Assembly (NCBI GenBank): GCA_035713885.1
Contig: DASTMV010000054.1
Location: 2,236-66,235 of the forward strand
From: Candidatus Udaeobacter sp.
GTDB lineage: Bacteria; Verrucomicrobiota; Verrucomicrobiia; Chthoniobacterales; UBA10450
Reading direction: 5' to 3'
Length of the DNA stretch: 64,000 nt
Part shown: positions 53,789 to 63,479 of the stretch, piece after piece
Layout of the letters: each line of letters opens with the position of its first letter
Position numbering within the stretch: the stretch's first letter is position 1
Notes under the pieces: model-generated
What the model saw: only the letters and a program-made list of their open reading frames with translations
Told to the model about the DNA's origin: nothing
Database searches by the model: none
Program-made: the position numbers and the translations under genes

Positions 53789-55210
53789 TTACTTTTTCAA
53801 ACGAGCATACCAATAGATCAACGCGCCGATCAGAATAAATCCGAGTGCCCCGCCGATCACTTTCAACCGAAACAGGAGAGAGCTTCCGATGTCCGGCGGA
53901 GGAATTGTCGCCACAATCATCGCAAACAACGTCACACTCATGCCACTAAAACCAATGAGCCATCCGCCAATCGATCCGCCCGGCACCAGCACGACCCCGT
54001 TCGCGCTTTCGTTGCGCCTGCGATGAATCAAGAAGACGATGAACAAATAAAGGTAGGGGATGAAATAAACGAGAATCTGTGTGTCGAGCAGAATCAGATA
54101 AACGTCCTCGACGTTCGTACCTTTTCCGAGCACCGACAGCAATAGAAAGATCGTCGCAAGTCCCGCTTGAACGAGGATAGCCACATACGGCGTGTGCCAG
54201 CGCGGATGCACCGCTCCGAAAGGTTTCGGGAAGTAGCGGTCCAGACCGATCACGAACGCCACCCGCGCGGGTCCGATCAGCCAGGCGCCCACGCTGCCGA
54301 GATTACCGATCGAGTAAAGTGCTGCGCAAAGCACGGTAACCCATCCCAGCGTCGGCGAAATGTGATCGGCACCGATCTTGATCGCCTGCAGAAATCCTGA
54401 GACTACGTTAACGTCCTTGTTAGGCAGCCGCCATAGCACCGCGGCTGTTCCAGCAATATACGCGACGGCGATTAACGGTCCGGAGATGAAGATTGAACGC
54501 GGCAGATTGCGGCGAGGATTTTCGACCTCATCGCCCATCGTCGAGACTAACTCGAGCCCGGCAAACGCGAAGGCGATCGAAGCCAACAAGTTCAGCGCTG
54601 GGAGGTTATTCAAATCGGGCGTCAAAGTCGCCACGCTGAGTTCATTGGCTGGAGGCGTAGTCATCGCGCCGTAAACGCCTAACGAGATCAAGATGAGCCC
54701 GGGAATGTACGTGCCAATGCCGCCAGCGTTTTGCAGCCATTTGCCAGCACCGAGACCGACGATATTTATCAGCGTCGCGATCCATAGCGTCCCAAGTGTG
54801 ACCGGTAGAACATACGCCCAATTGTCAATCAACCTGCTTCCACTTTCCCCGAACATGAAAGTCGCGATGACCGCCGCCGAGATCAGCAGGTTCGGATAAT
54901 AGAGGACGTTGTTGATCCAGTAACACCAGCCGCACAGAAACCCGTGACCTTCGCCCAGTGCGTGCTTTGTCCAGAAGTAAATGCCGCCCTCTTTCGGAAA
55001 CCGCGATGACAGTTCGATCACCGCCAGTCCCTGCGGAATGAAAAAGAAAATCGCGGCGATCAGCCACATCAACAACGACCCCGGACCGAATTTCGCCGTT
55101 GTCCCAAGATGCCTGAGACCAAGGACGGCGACCAGATTGAACAGGACGAGATCGCGCAGTTTGAGCGCGCGTACGAGCTGCGGCTTAGTTTGTATCGTCT
55201 CCGCAGCCAT
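53789..55210 (-). CDS. APC-family amino acid/polyamine permease
   Basis: About 12 TM helices. N-terminal LKLRDLVLFNLVAVLGLR and the overall APC superfamily pattern. Confidence 0.85.
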   Translation of the reverse strand: MAAETIQTKPQLVRALKLRDLVLFNLVAVLGLRHLGTTAKFGPGSLLMWLIAAIFFFIPQGLAVIELSSRFPKEGGIYFWTKHALGEGHGFLCGWCYWINNVLYYPNLLISAAVIATFMFGESGSRLIDNWAYVLPVTLGTLWIATLINIVGLGAGKWLQNAGGIGTYIPGLILISLGVYGAMTTPPANELSVATLTPDLNNLPALNLLASIAFAFAGLELVSTMGDEVENPRRNLPRSIFISGPLIAVAYIAGTAAVLWRLPNKDVNVVSGFLQAIKIGADHISPTLGWVTVLCAALYSIGNLGSVGAWLIGPARVAFVIGLDRYFPKPFGAVHPRWHTPYVAILVQAGLATIFLLLSVLGKGTNVEDVYLILLDTQILVYFIPYLYLFIVFLIHRRRNESANGVVLVPGGSIGGWLIGFSGMSVTLFAMIVATIPPPDIGSSLLFRLKVIGGALGFILIGALIYWYARLKK

Positions 55211-55297
55211 TAAGCTCGAAAAAGAGAATGAGAACTACAACGAATCAACCGTGAGATGATTCATGAAATGAACAGACGTTGTGTGCGCGTATCGAAA

Positions 55298-57784
55298 CTA
55301 GTTGCGGACTGCGTTCGCGAAGCGTTCAAGATAAATCCGCTGCAGATCTTGAGTGCTAAGTTTCGTCGGTCCGAGGTCGAACTCTACTTTCTCGATCGTG
55401 CCCCTGAAATATTTCGGTAGCACTTTGGCGTATTCGAGCTTTGGGACGACCGGAAGCCCATTGTCCGTGCCGATGTCCATGCCTGCATACGAGGCGAATC
55501 GGAACGGAACAGTATGTTCCATTTTTAACTCCGCTTGTTGTTTGCCGTTGATGAAGAGCCGAGCAGTGCCGCCGGTGCCGAACTCGCCCGGCTTATCGGC
55601 GGTAAACTCATATCGAGTGTTGACTTTCCCCCCAGGAACCGCGTCGCGTGAGCTAATAGTGTCTAGTTTCAAGCCTAACAAACTGTAGGTGTGTTTGAGA
55701 TGTCCGTTCTCGACGTAGAGGGAAAAGCCGCCAAGAAAACTGGATTCCGCCACGATAACCCCCGCGATTCCGGGACGGAGTCCAACGATACCGTACCGGC
55801 CGGGATTATCGAGGTCTGCGCTGATGCTGTACGAGCGATTGTAAATCGGCGGAATCATGCCGGGCGAAATGTTTTCTGTCCCATTGTAATAGGTGAATTT
55901 TGTCCGGTCCGGTAAGCCTTTGGGAAAACCCCATACAGTTGCCATCTCTCCGAGTAGTGGCAGTACCTGATACTTTTCCGCCTCCGACCAAAAAAGCGCC
56001 GTCAGCTCGCGCACTTTGTCTGGATTTATGGCGGCGATGTCATTGGCTTGCGAGAAATCTTCGTCCAGATTGTATAGCTCGCATTTGTCGTTATCTGGAT
56101 TCCATTTGCCTGGCGCGAAACGCGAGAGTGTTTCGGGATCAATTCTCCATGGGATTCGATCTAGTCGCCAGCATGCAAGCCAACCATCCTTGTAGATGGC
56201 GCGGTTTCCCAGAATCTCGAAATACTGCTGCGTATGCCGTGAGGGCGTTTTGGGGTCATCAAAGGAGTAAAGAAAGCTGACGCCGTGTATTGGCATCTGG
56301 GGTACGCCGTTGATTTGCTTTGGCTCGGGCAGACCGGCCGCTTCGAGAATCGTCGGCGCGACATCGATGCAATGAGTGAACTGACTGCGCACACCACCCT
56401 TGTCTTTAATGCGTTTTGGCCATGAGATGACCATCGGGTTACGGATCCCACCGAGATGTGATGCCACTTGTTTGCCCCATTTAAAGGGCGTATTCCCAGC
56501 CCATGCCCACGCTGCTGCGTAATGAGGAGCCATGTCCGGCCCGCCCCATTTTTCCAGACCACCATAAGCCTTGATTGCTTTCAACTGCTGGTCAGCCGTG
56601 AGCGGGATACCGTTTAACGTGGTCATCTCATTGAAGGTCCCGGTTTCCGTGCCTTCCATGCTCGCGCCATTGTCACCGAAGATGTAAATGATCAGCGTGT
56701 TATCAGCGAGACCCATGTCTTCGATCGCTTTCACCACACGGCCGACCGCATTATCGGCGTTTTCCTGATAACCGGCATACACTTCCATCTGATGCGCATA
56801 CAACTTCTTTACGTCCGCTGGAATACTGTCCCACGCGGGGAACGCTGGATCGCGGGGGGTAAGTTTCGCGGTCGGCGGAATTACCCCGAGCTGTTTCTGT
56901 CGAGCGAAAGTTTCCTCGCGCAGTTTGTCCCAGCCTTGATCGAATTTTCCTTTGTATTTATCACTCCATTCCTTCGGCACCTGATGCGGCGCGTGCGTGG
57001 CGCCCGTTGAAAAATAGAGGAAGAACGGTTTGTCAGGCGCCTGCGCTTTCTGATCGCGGATCCATTTGACCGAGTGTTCGACCATCGCGTCGTTGAAATA
57101 AAAGTTCTTATCCTTCGGCACGCCGAGTATGCTGTTGTTCTCAGCCACGACCGGATCGAACTGGCCGGTTTCGCCGCCGAGAAACCCCCAGAAGTAATCG
57201 AAGCCCAGCGCATTCGGCCATCGATCAAACGGTCCGGCTGGTCCTTGCTGTTCATCCGGTGTGAGATGCCACTTTCCGATTGCAGCGGTACTGTAGCCAT
57301 TCAGCTGGAGAATCTTTGCAACCGATGCCGCACTGGTGGGCCAATTTGTGCTGTAACCCGGCCAACCTCCGGCCAATTCGGAAATGGAACCAAATCCCAC
57401 GCTGTGATGATTGCGTCCGGACAACAGCGCGGCGCGTGTTGGCGAACAAAGGGCCGTGACATGAAACCGATTGTAGCGAAGTCCCTGCGCCGCGAGTTTG
57501 TCGAAAGTAGCCGTTGCTACTGGTCCGCCGAACGTTGAGGAATTTCCGAACCCAGCATCATCGATCAGGACGAGCAAAACATTCGGCGCACCCGCTGGCG
57601 GCTTCACCGGTTCAGAAAAAAATGCGACAGACCCTTCAAGCGTTCGTTTCGCCACCCCTTCAAACGGCTGCGGTGGACGGGGCAGAATCGTTCGGTCCCA
57701 CTCTGCGCTCGCGGCTGCAGCCGGTATGATCTGTGACGTAGCTGCAAGCGCGGCTGCAGCCAAACAGATTGGTTTGTTCAGCAT
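55298..57784 (-). CDS. Arylsulfatase (formylglycine-dependent sulfatase family)
   Basis: LIDDAGFG metal site and the CSPTRAALLSGRN C-x-P-x-R signature. Signal peptide. ATG 57782-57784 is preceded by GGAGG. Confidence 0.9.
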   Translation of the reverse strand: MLNKPICLAAAALAATSQIIPAAAASAEWDRTILPRPPQPFEGVAKRTLEGSVAFFSEPVKPPAGAPNVLLVLIDDAGFGNSSTFGGPVATATFDKLAAQGLRYNRFHVTALCSPTRAALLSGRNHHSVGFGSISELAGGWPGYSTNWPTSAASVAKILQLNGYSTAAIGKWHLTPDEQQGPAGPFDRWPNALGFDYFWGFLGGETGQFDPVVAENNSILGVPKDKNFYFNDAMVEHSVKWIRDQKAQAPDKPFFLYFSTGATHAPHQVPKEWSDKYKGKFDQGWDKLREETFARQKQLGVIPPTAKLTPRDPAFPAWDSIPADVKKLYAHQMEVYAGYQENADNAVGRVVKAIEDMGLADNTLIIYIFGDNGASMEGTETGTFNEMTTLNGIPLTADQQLKAIKAYGGLEKWGGPDMAPHYAAAWAWAGNTPFKWGKQVASHLGGIRNPMVISWPKRIKDKGGVRSQFTHCIDVAPTILEAAGLPEPKQINGVPQMPIHGVSFLYSFDDPKTPSRHTQQYFEILGNRAIYKDGWLACWRLDRIPWRIDPETLSRFAPGKWNPDNDKCELYNLDEDFSQANDIAAINPDKVRELTALFWSEAEKYQVLPLLGEMATVWGFPKGLPDRTKFTYYNGTENISPGMIPPIYNRSYSISADLDNPGRYGIVGLRPGIAGVIVAESSFLGGFSLYVENGHLKHTYSLLGLKLDTISSRDAVPGGKVNTRYEFTADKPGEFGTGGTARLFINGKQQAELKMEHTVPFRFASYAGMDIGTDNGLPVVPKLEYAKVLPKYFRGTIEKVEFDLGPTKLSTQDLQRIYLERFANAVRN

Positions 57785-58027
57785 GATCTTTCCTCCAAGA
57801 AAATTGCGAGCGTACACGACGCCGGTGGCTTGCACAGCCCAAAAGAATTCATTGATACGGAGACTGCTTTCGCACGCGAACGCCTGTTAGTGACTTTGGA
57901 TATCAGGCATAGCAATACGCAAGTGTTTCCGGCATGTTCTTCTGCTTTGGCTTCTAGCCGACGTTACTTCGCAATCGCATTCGATCTCCCGATTCATGAT
58001 TGCCAATGCGCAATCGTTACCGGATAA

Positions 58028-60268
58028 ATGCGCGGCGCGTTTATGACTGCAGCAAGGGCTTTCCTAGGTTTTCCATATCCGCTGGGTGCCACATGGATGG
58101 GGAACGGGGTAAACTTCGCTATTTTTTCCGAGCACGCTACAGGAGTAGAGCTTTGCTTGTTTGACAGTATGGGAGCGGTTGAGGAGCACTTCCGCATTCC
58201 GCTGAGCGAGCAAACCGATCAGGTCTGGCACGTGTTTTTGCCGGATGTGCGGCCAGGACAACTCTACGGGTTCCGGATTTCCGGTCCTTACGATCCACAG
58301 CGCGGCTTACGCTTTAATAGTTCGAAACTCTTGCTCGATCCGTACGCTAAAGCGATCGCAGGTACTGTCAGTTGGGCAGATGAGATGTTTGGTTATGTCA
58401 TCCAAGGTGGTAGTGAGGATCTGACCCAGGATTTTCGGAACGACGCGTGGGGCGTGCCGAAATCAGTGGTCGTCGATACGGCATTCGACTGGCAGCATGA
58501 CAAGAGACCGGCAATTCCTCTGCGCGACTCAGTGATCTATGAAGTACACGTGAAAGGTTTCAGCAACCTGTGGAATGAATTACCACCGGAATTGCGCGGT
58601 ACTTATGCCGGTCTCGGTAGCGCTCCTGCGATCGATTACTTCAAGAGACTTGGTGTGACGGCGCTCGAGTTGTTGCCTGTGCATGCACACATTGACGACA
58701 AGGTTTTAGTCGATCGCAAACTGACGAACTATTGGGGATACAACTCCATTGGATTTTTCGCCCCGCACGGAGAGTATTCTGGAAGCGGACAAATGGGCGG
58801 CCAAGTCGCCGAATTTAAAGGAATGGTGCGCAATCTGCACGCAGCCGGCATCGAAGTGATCCTCGACGTGGTTTATAATCACACCGCGGAAGGAAACCAT
58901 CTCGGACCGACCTTATGTTTTCGCGGAATCGACAATCTCGCGTATTACTGGGTAAACGCCGAGAACCCGCGGTTCTATCTGGACTTCACCGGTACCGGCA
59001 ACACATTCAACCTTCTTCATCCGCGCACACTCCAACTGGTGATCGATAGTTTGCGCTACTGGGCGCTCGAGATGCATGTGGACGGGTTTCGTTTTGATCT
59101 TGCTTCGGCGCTGGCGCGCGATCATGCAGGTGTGAATGGGCTCCATTCTTTCTTCCAAGTGATCCAGCAGGACCCGGTATTGTCGCAGATGAAATTAATT
59201 GCAGAACCGTGGGATGTTGGCGAAGGCGGGTATCAGGTCGGCAGTTTCCCCGCACCGTGGTCAGAATGGAACGGCAAATATCGTGACACAGTCCGCAGTT
59301 TTTGGAAGGGCGACGAGGGTCGGATTGGCGAGATGGGTTATCGGCTGACCGGCAGCCCCGATCTGTATGAACATAATGGCCGGCGGCCCTACGCGAGCAT
59401 CAACTTCGTCACCGCACATGACGGGTTCACTCTGGCGGATTTGGTCAGCTACAACGAAAAACACAATGAACTGAACGGGGATGAGAACCGGGACGGCGAC
59501 AACAATAACCAATCATGGAATTGCGGTTTCGAAGGCCCAACAGACGATCCACAGATTAATGCCTTGCGTGACCGACAACGTCGGAATTTTCTCGCGACGC
59601 TCTTTCTTTCACAGGGCGTGCCGATGCTTTGTGGAGGAGATGAATGGGGTCGGACGCAAGTCGGCAACAATAATGCCTACTGCCAGGATAACGAGACGAG
59701 CTGGTTCAATTGGGAGCGTAGCGACAGGCAGAATCAGCTTTTCGAGTTCACCCAAAAATTGATTCACCTTAGAAAAGAACATCCTGTTTTTCGACGTCCG
59801 AAGTTCTTAAAGGGTCGCCGTATCCGCGGCTCCGATATTCGTGATGTGATGTGGTTCAATCCCGGCGGCAACCAGATGACCGACGAAGAATGGGCTTCAC
59901 CTTTCGTGCGCTGTCTCGGGATGCTCTTGAGTGGTGATGCCAACGATGTGCTCAACTTTGAAGGCGAACCGATTCGCGACGACACGTTTCTGTTGTTAAT
60001 CAATGCGCATTACGAACCGATTTCGTTTATGCTGCCTGGCCAGGAGCATATCAAATGGCAACTGATGCTCGACACGACAGATCTCAACGGTTTTCTGGCG
60101 GATCCCCAAATATTTCCTTCGGGCGATGACGTCGATCTTGGCGGGCGTGCTTGTTATTTGCTTAAACTGGTCAGCGGTACGCAAGCTCAGGCCCGCGCGG
60201 AATCCTGGAGGAAACGAGCCGTTGAGCTTCCCGCGCTCAGTGCTGAACAAGAACGCGCAAGTCTGTAA
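58028..60268 (+). CDS. glgX: Glycogen debranching enzyme (isoamylase type, GH13)
   Basis: PLGATW..GVNFAIFS N-domain, VILDVVYNHT, GFRFDLAS, EPWD, FVTAHDGF conserved GH13/GlgX regions. Confidence 0.9.
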   Translation: MRGAFMTAARAFLGFPYPLGATWMGNGVNFAIFSEHATGVELCLFDSMGAVEEHFRIPLSEQTDQVWHVFLPDVRPGQLYGFRISGPYDPQRGLRFNSSKLLLDPYAKAIAGTVSWADEMFGYVIQGGSEDLTQDFRNDAWGVPKSVVVDTAFDWQHDKRPAIPLRDSVIYEVHVKGFSNLWNELPPELRGTYAGLGSAPAIDYFKRLGVTALELLPVHAHIDDKVLVDRKLTNYWGYNSIGFFAPHGEYSGSGQMGGQVAEFKGMVRNLHAAGIEVILDVVYNHTAEGNHLGPTLCFRGIDNLAYYWVNAENPRFYLDFTGTGNTFNLLHPRTLQLVIDSLRYWALEMHVDGFRFDLASALARDHAGVNGLHSFFQVIQQDPVLSQMKLIAEPWDVGEGGYQVGSFPAPWSEWNGKYRDTVRSFWKGDEGRIGEMGYRLTGSPDLYEHNGRRPYASINFVTAHDGFTLADLVSYNEKHNELNGDENRDGDNNNQSWNCGFEGPTDDPQINALRDRQRRNFLATLFLSQGVPMLCGGDEWGRTQVGNNNAYCQDNETSWFNWERSDRQNQLFEFTQKLIHLRKEHPVFRRPKFLKGRRIRGSDIRDVMWFNPGGNQMTDEEWASPFVRCLGMLLSGDANDVLNFEGEPIRDDTFLLLINAHYEPISFMLPGQEHIKWQLMLDTTDLNGFLADPQIFPSGDDVDLGGRACYLLKLVSGTQAQARAESWRKRAVELPALSAEQERASL

Positions 60269-60385
60269 TCGCGGCGGGAGTTGCGGCTGTTGTGGAAATT
60301 TGTCAACGCGATGTTGTCGGGCGAAACGAATTAGTTTATAAAGATACTTATCGTGCGTGACCAATCTGCTGGTCAGTAATTCGCC

Positions 60386-60853
60386 ATGACACCAAGTTCC
60401 CTTGTGATCGTCACTGATCGCGGCAGCTTAAAAGCATATCGGGTAACTGATACGCCTACGCGCGGACCGAGCCTGCAGCTGGTACAGGCATTTAATATCA
60501 CCGATGCCCACGGGAGGCTTGTTGATAAATTGAGTGATGTCGCGGGCCGCTTTCCGCTGACGGATGGTGCGGGCGCTCACCGTCGAGGCGCTTCAATTGC
60601 CGAGCGGACCCAATTGGCAACCGAAATGGATCGCCGCATTTATGAAGAACTTGCCGGCCAAATCGTGAAGATTGTCTCTCAAAACGGAAAGGAAGGCTGG
60701 TCTTTCGCCGCGCCTGCAGAGATACATGCAGCGATCGTTGATCTCTTGCCCCCGGCAGTCAGGAATCGAATTGTCGAGCACGTGAAATCGGATTTGGTGA
60801 AAGTCGAAGCGGTCAGATTGATCAACCATTTTCGGTCGTTGCGGCGGATTTGA
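60386..60853 (+). CDS. Host_attach family protein (bacterial eRF1-like, baeRF1)
   Basis: 155 aa with the family pattern: LVIVTDRGSLKAY.., central SDVAGRF..GA loop, E(x)FA-like helix (IYEELAGQIVKIV), FAAPAEIHAAIVDLL.., KSDLVK. Confidence 0.7.
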   Translation: MTPSSLVIVTDRGSLKAYRVTDTPTRGPSLQLVQAFNITDAHGRLVDKLSDVAGRFPLTDGAGAHRRGASIAERTQLATEMDRRIYEELAGQIVKIVSQNGKEGWSFAAPAEIHAAIVDLLPPAVRNRIVEHVKSDLVKVEAVRLINHFRSLRRI

Positions 60854-60915
60854 AGCGCGATGACGCGTCGAAATTTTTGTTCCGCAAGGGCGACGAGCAC
60901 CGTAACATCTTAATT

Positions 60916-61281
60916 ATGCAACTGCCCGTCAAAATCTCGTACCGTGGTCTGGAGAAATCTGACCAGATCGACAATCTCGTTTTGGATTATGCAGCACGCT
61001 TGGAAAGATTTTGCGATCACATCAACCGCTGCGACGTCGCCATCGAACAACCCAATCATACTCACCAGAAAGGAAATCCCTACCGGTGCCGCATCGACGT
61101 AACCGTAGCGCCTAGGCATGAGTTGATTGCAGATGAAAAGCAGATGGATAACGGTACTCACGAACCGCTCAGGAAGGTGATTCACGACGCCTTTAAGACG
61201 ATGGAGCGAGAACTGCGTCGCGTTGTGGAAAAACAAAGGCGCGAAGTTAAGACGCACGCGAATACACGTTCACCTAGATAA
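60916..61281 (+). CDS. HPF/RaiA-family ribosome-associated protein (short form)
   Basis: MQLPVKISYRGLEKSDQIDNLVLDYAARLERF..INRCDVAIEQPNHTHQKGNPYRCRIDVTV..DAFKTMERELRR matches the short HPF/RaiA-like subfamily pattern. Trimmed to ATG 60916. Confidence 0.7.
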   Translation: MQLPVKISYRGLEKSDQIDNLVLDYAARLERFCDHINRCDVAIEQPNHTHQKGNPYRCRIDVTVAPRHELIADEKQMDNGTHEPLRKVIHDAFKTMERELRRVVEKQRREVKTHANTRSPR

Positions 61282-61406
61282 CCGCGACTTTACGGCGCTG
61301 GCAGTAAGTTGCCGCGGGAACCCCAACTATCGACGTCTCGGTGCTATTGCTAATTGCATTTTTGCGCCCCTCCCCTGATACATCAGCTGCTCAATGACGA
61401 CTGCGG

Positions 61407-61631
61407 TTGGGCGTGTGTTATCAGAAGGTCGAGGAGACCTTCCGAGTGTATCAACTAGAAAATTATTGTGGAATCTACCAAGAAGAAGTCGTTCCTTTCA
61501 ACAATACCGATGCGATTTCCGACTTCTCAGAGTTTTTTGCCGCTACCCAGGGCGGCGACATCAGATTCGCTATTGCTGGTGTTCGCGCGCATGGCACCAG
61601 TGCGTGGCTAATGGATACCCAGGTCAGTTGA
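61407..61631 (+). CDS. Possible small protein (about 70 aa) upstream of metF
   Basis: TTG/GTG-initiated ORF with protein-like composition (..EETFRVYQLENYCGIYQEEVVPFNNTDAISDFSEFFAATQGGDIRFAIAGV..), ending 35 nt before metF. No family recognised. It could be non-coding leader. Confidence 0.25.
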   Translation: MGVCYQKVEETFRVYQLENYCGIYQEEVVPFNNTDAISDFSEFFAATQGGDIRFAIAGVRAHGTSAWLMDTQVS

Positions 61632-61666
61632 CCGAAACTCGCCGCAACCAATGTAACCGTTAAGCC

Positions 61667-62590
61667 ATGCATATCATTGACATAATGCAGGGGAATTCTC
61701 CCACTTTTTCGTTCGAGTTTTTCCCGCCGAGAACGCCGGGAGCAGCAGAGACTCTCTACCAGACCATTCGGGATCTTGAGTCGTACGTGCCGGACTTTGT
61801 CAGCGTAACTTACGGAGCCGGTGGCTCGACACGCGAGTTAACACATGATCTCGTTGAACGCATTCAAAGCACGACGCAGTTGGATCCGGTGCCGCATCTA
61901 ACCTGCGTATGCCACAATGAACAGGAGATCGAAGCGATTCTGCGTCGATACGCCAAGTCCGCCATAGGCAACATTCTCGCCCTCGGTGGCGACCGGCCGC
62001 CTGGAATGGCTTACGATGAGACGCGCGATTCCTTCCGGCACGCAATTGATTTGGTCAAATTCATTCGTCGCTTCAACCAATCCGGCGCGCATCCTGATCC
62101 CCGCGGTTTCGGGGTTGGCGTCGCTGGTTTCCCCGAGGGACATCCTGCTACGCCTAATCGACTGGTGGAGATGGATTATTTAAAAGCGAAGGTGGACGCA
62201 GGCGCTGACTACATTGTCACACAGCTTTTTTTCGATAATCGAGACTTTATTGATTTTCGGGAACGCTGTGCCTTGGCCGGCATTTGCATCCCAATCATCG
62301 CTGGCATTATGCCAATCACCTCGGTCAGCGGATTGAAACGCATGGCGGAGCTGGCGGGCGGCACTCGTTTCCCGGCGGAGCTCTTGCGCCCCTTACAACT
62401 CTGCCAGGATGATCCCGATACCGTTCGGAGCGTCGGCGTTCAATATGCTTTGGAACAATGTCACGGTCTTCTCGAAAATAACGTCGCGGGTATTCATTTC
62501 TACACACTCAACCGATCCGATGCGACGCGAGTAATCTTCGACAGCCTCAATATTCGGAAGAATCGCAACACCGAGAGTCAAACTGTGTAG
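61667..62590 (+). CDS. metF: Methylenetetrahydrofolate reductase
   Basis: FSFEFFPPRT, VTYGAGGSTR, HLTCV, ALGGD, FPEGH, TQLFFD blocks of MetF. Confidence 0.9.
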   Translation: MHIIDIMQGNSPTFSFEFFPPRTPGAAETLYQTIRDLESYVPDFVSVTYGAGGSTRELTHDLVERIQSTTQLDPVPHLTCVCHNEQEIEAILRRYAKSAIGNILALGGDRPPGMAYDETRDSFRHAIDLVKFIRRFNQSGAHPDPRGFGVGVAGFPEGHPATPNRLVEMDYLKAKVDAGADYIVTQLFFDNRDFIDFRERCALAGICIPIIAGIMPITSVSGLKRMAELAGGTRFPAELLRPLQLCQDDPDTVRSVGVQYALEQCHGLLENNVAGIHFYTLNRSDATRVIFDSLNIRKNRNTESQTV

Positions 62591-62702
62591 ACCGGAGCAG
62601 GGTCACACGATGGGGCATTCAGTTGCGTGTTTTTTTCGTTCAATTCGTTTCACAAAACTACAGAAATTTGCGCAAACTCCCTGACTCGCGCACAATTTTG
62701 AG

Positions 62703-63458
62703 ATGCTAAGTGCTCGTCGCGTTATTTTTTGGCAGGCTGGCGCGGTCGTGTGCGGAATTGCGGTTGCTGTGACGCTTTCGTATTTCTTCCCGCTCGTCAG
62801 TTTTAGCGCAGCACTGCAAGAGCGCGTGATCAGTTGGGGGGTCTGGGCCGTGGTTTGCTATCCGTTACTCTTTGCAGCTTGTAATATCCTTCTGCTTCCG
62901 GGGGGCATCCTTGCTGTGGGCGCCGGTTTTTTCTTTGGCCTATGGTGGGGTTTCTTGATCGTGCTCGTCGGCAATGTGATCGCGACTGCAGCGGCGTTCG
63001 CACTGAGTCGATCCGTTGCAAGACATTGGCTTACTGAGAAGCTATCGCGAAATCCGACGCTTCGGACCATCGGTCCAGCGGTGGAGCGCGAAAGCTGGAA
63101 AATCATTTTTCTGAGCCAGTTGCACCCGCTTTTTCCCACGAGTCTGCTTAATTATTTTTACGGATTGACACGAATTCGATTTCGCACGTACATGCTTTGG
63201 GCGTCTATCGGAAGAGTTCCCGGGCTCTTCTTTTATGCATATGTCGGCACGCTCGGGCAATTCGCAGTGCGAATTATGCGCGGTAAAAGTTACCCGCGAG
63301 TTGTTGAATATTGGATTTGGGGCGGGGCATTTATCACGACCGTGCTATTGATCGTCGTGCTGGGTCGTGTTGCTTACAGAGCCATGCAAATCAAACCAGC
63401 CGAACCTTCACACCGCAGCCCAAGTAACGATCTCCGGCATGGAATATACTCGAGATAA
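62703..63458 (+). CDS. TVP38/TMEM64 (DedA-related) family membrane protein
   Basis: LPGGILAVGAGFFFGLWWGFLIVLVGNVIATAAAFALSR core and PLFPTSLLNYFYGLT re-entrant motif. Confidence 0.8.
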   Translation: MLSARRVIFWQAGAVVCGIAVAVTLSYFFPLVSFSAALQERVISWGVWAVVCYPLLFAACNILLLPGGILAVGAGFFFGLWWGFLIVLVGNVIATAAAFALSRSVARHWLTEKLSRNPTLRTIGPAVERESWKIIFLSQLHPLFPTSLLNYFYGLTRIRFRTYMLWASIGRVPGLFFYAYVGTLGQFAVRIMRGKSYPRVVEYWIWGGAFITTVLLIVVLGRVAYRAMQIKPAEPSHRSPSNDLRHGIYSR

Positions 63459-63479
63459 CACTTTATTCTCCAAGTTGTT

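Noticed and set aside
53163-55300. Genomic island integrated at the tRNA(CAU)/tRNA-Thr pair
   Set aside because: I saw no integrase, no direct repeat of the tRNA 3' end, and no compositional break. The flanking genes (APC permease, sulfatase) look chromosomal.
61282-61666. SAM-I, SAM-II, SAM-IV, SAH or cobalamin riboswitch upstream of metF
   Set aside because: By eye the conserved cores are absent: GGAGGGA..GGCCC..GCAACC for SAM-I, the SAH GAGGAGCG..CAGGCUCG core, and the B12 box. Kept only as an unassigned-leader finding.
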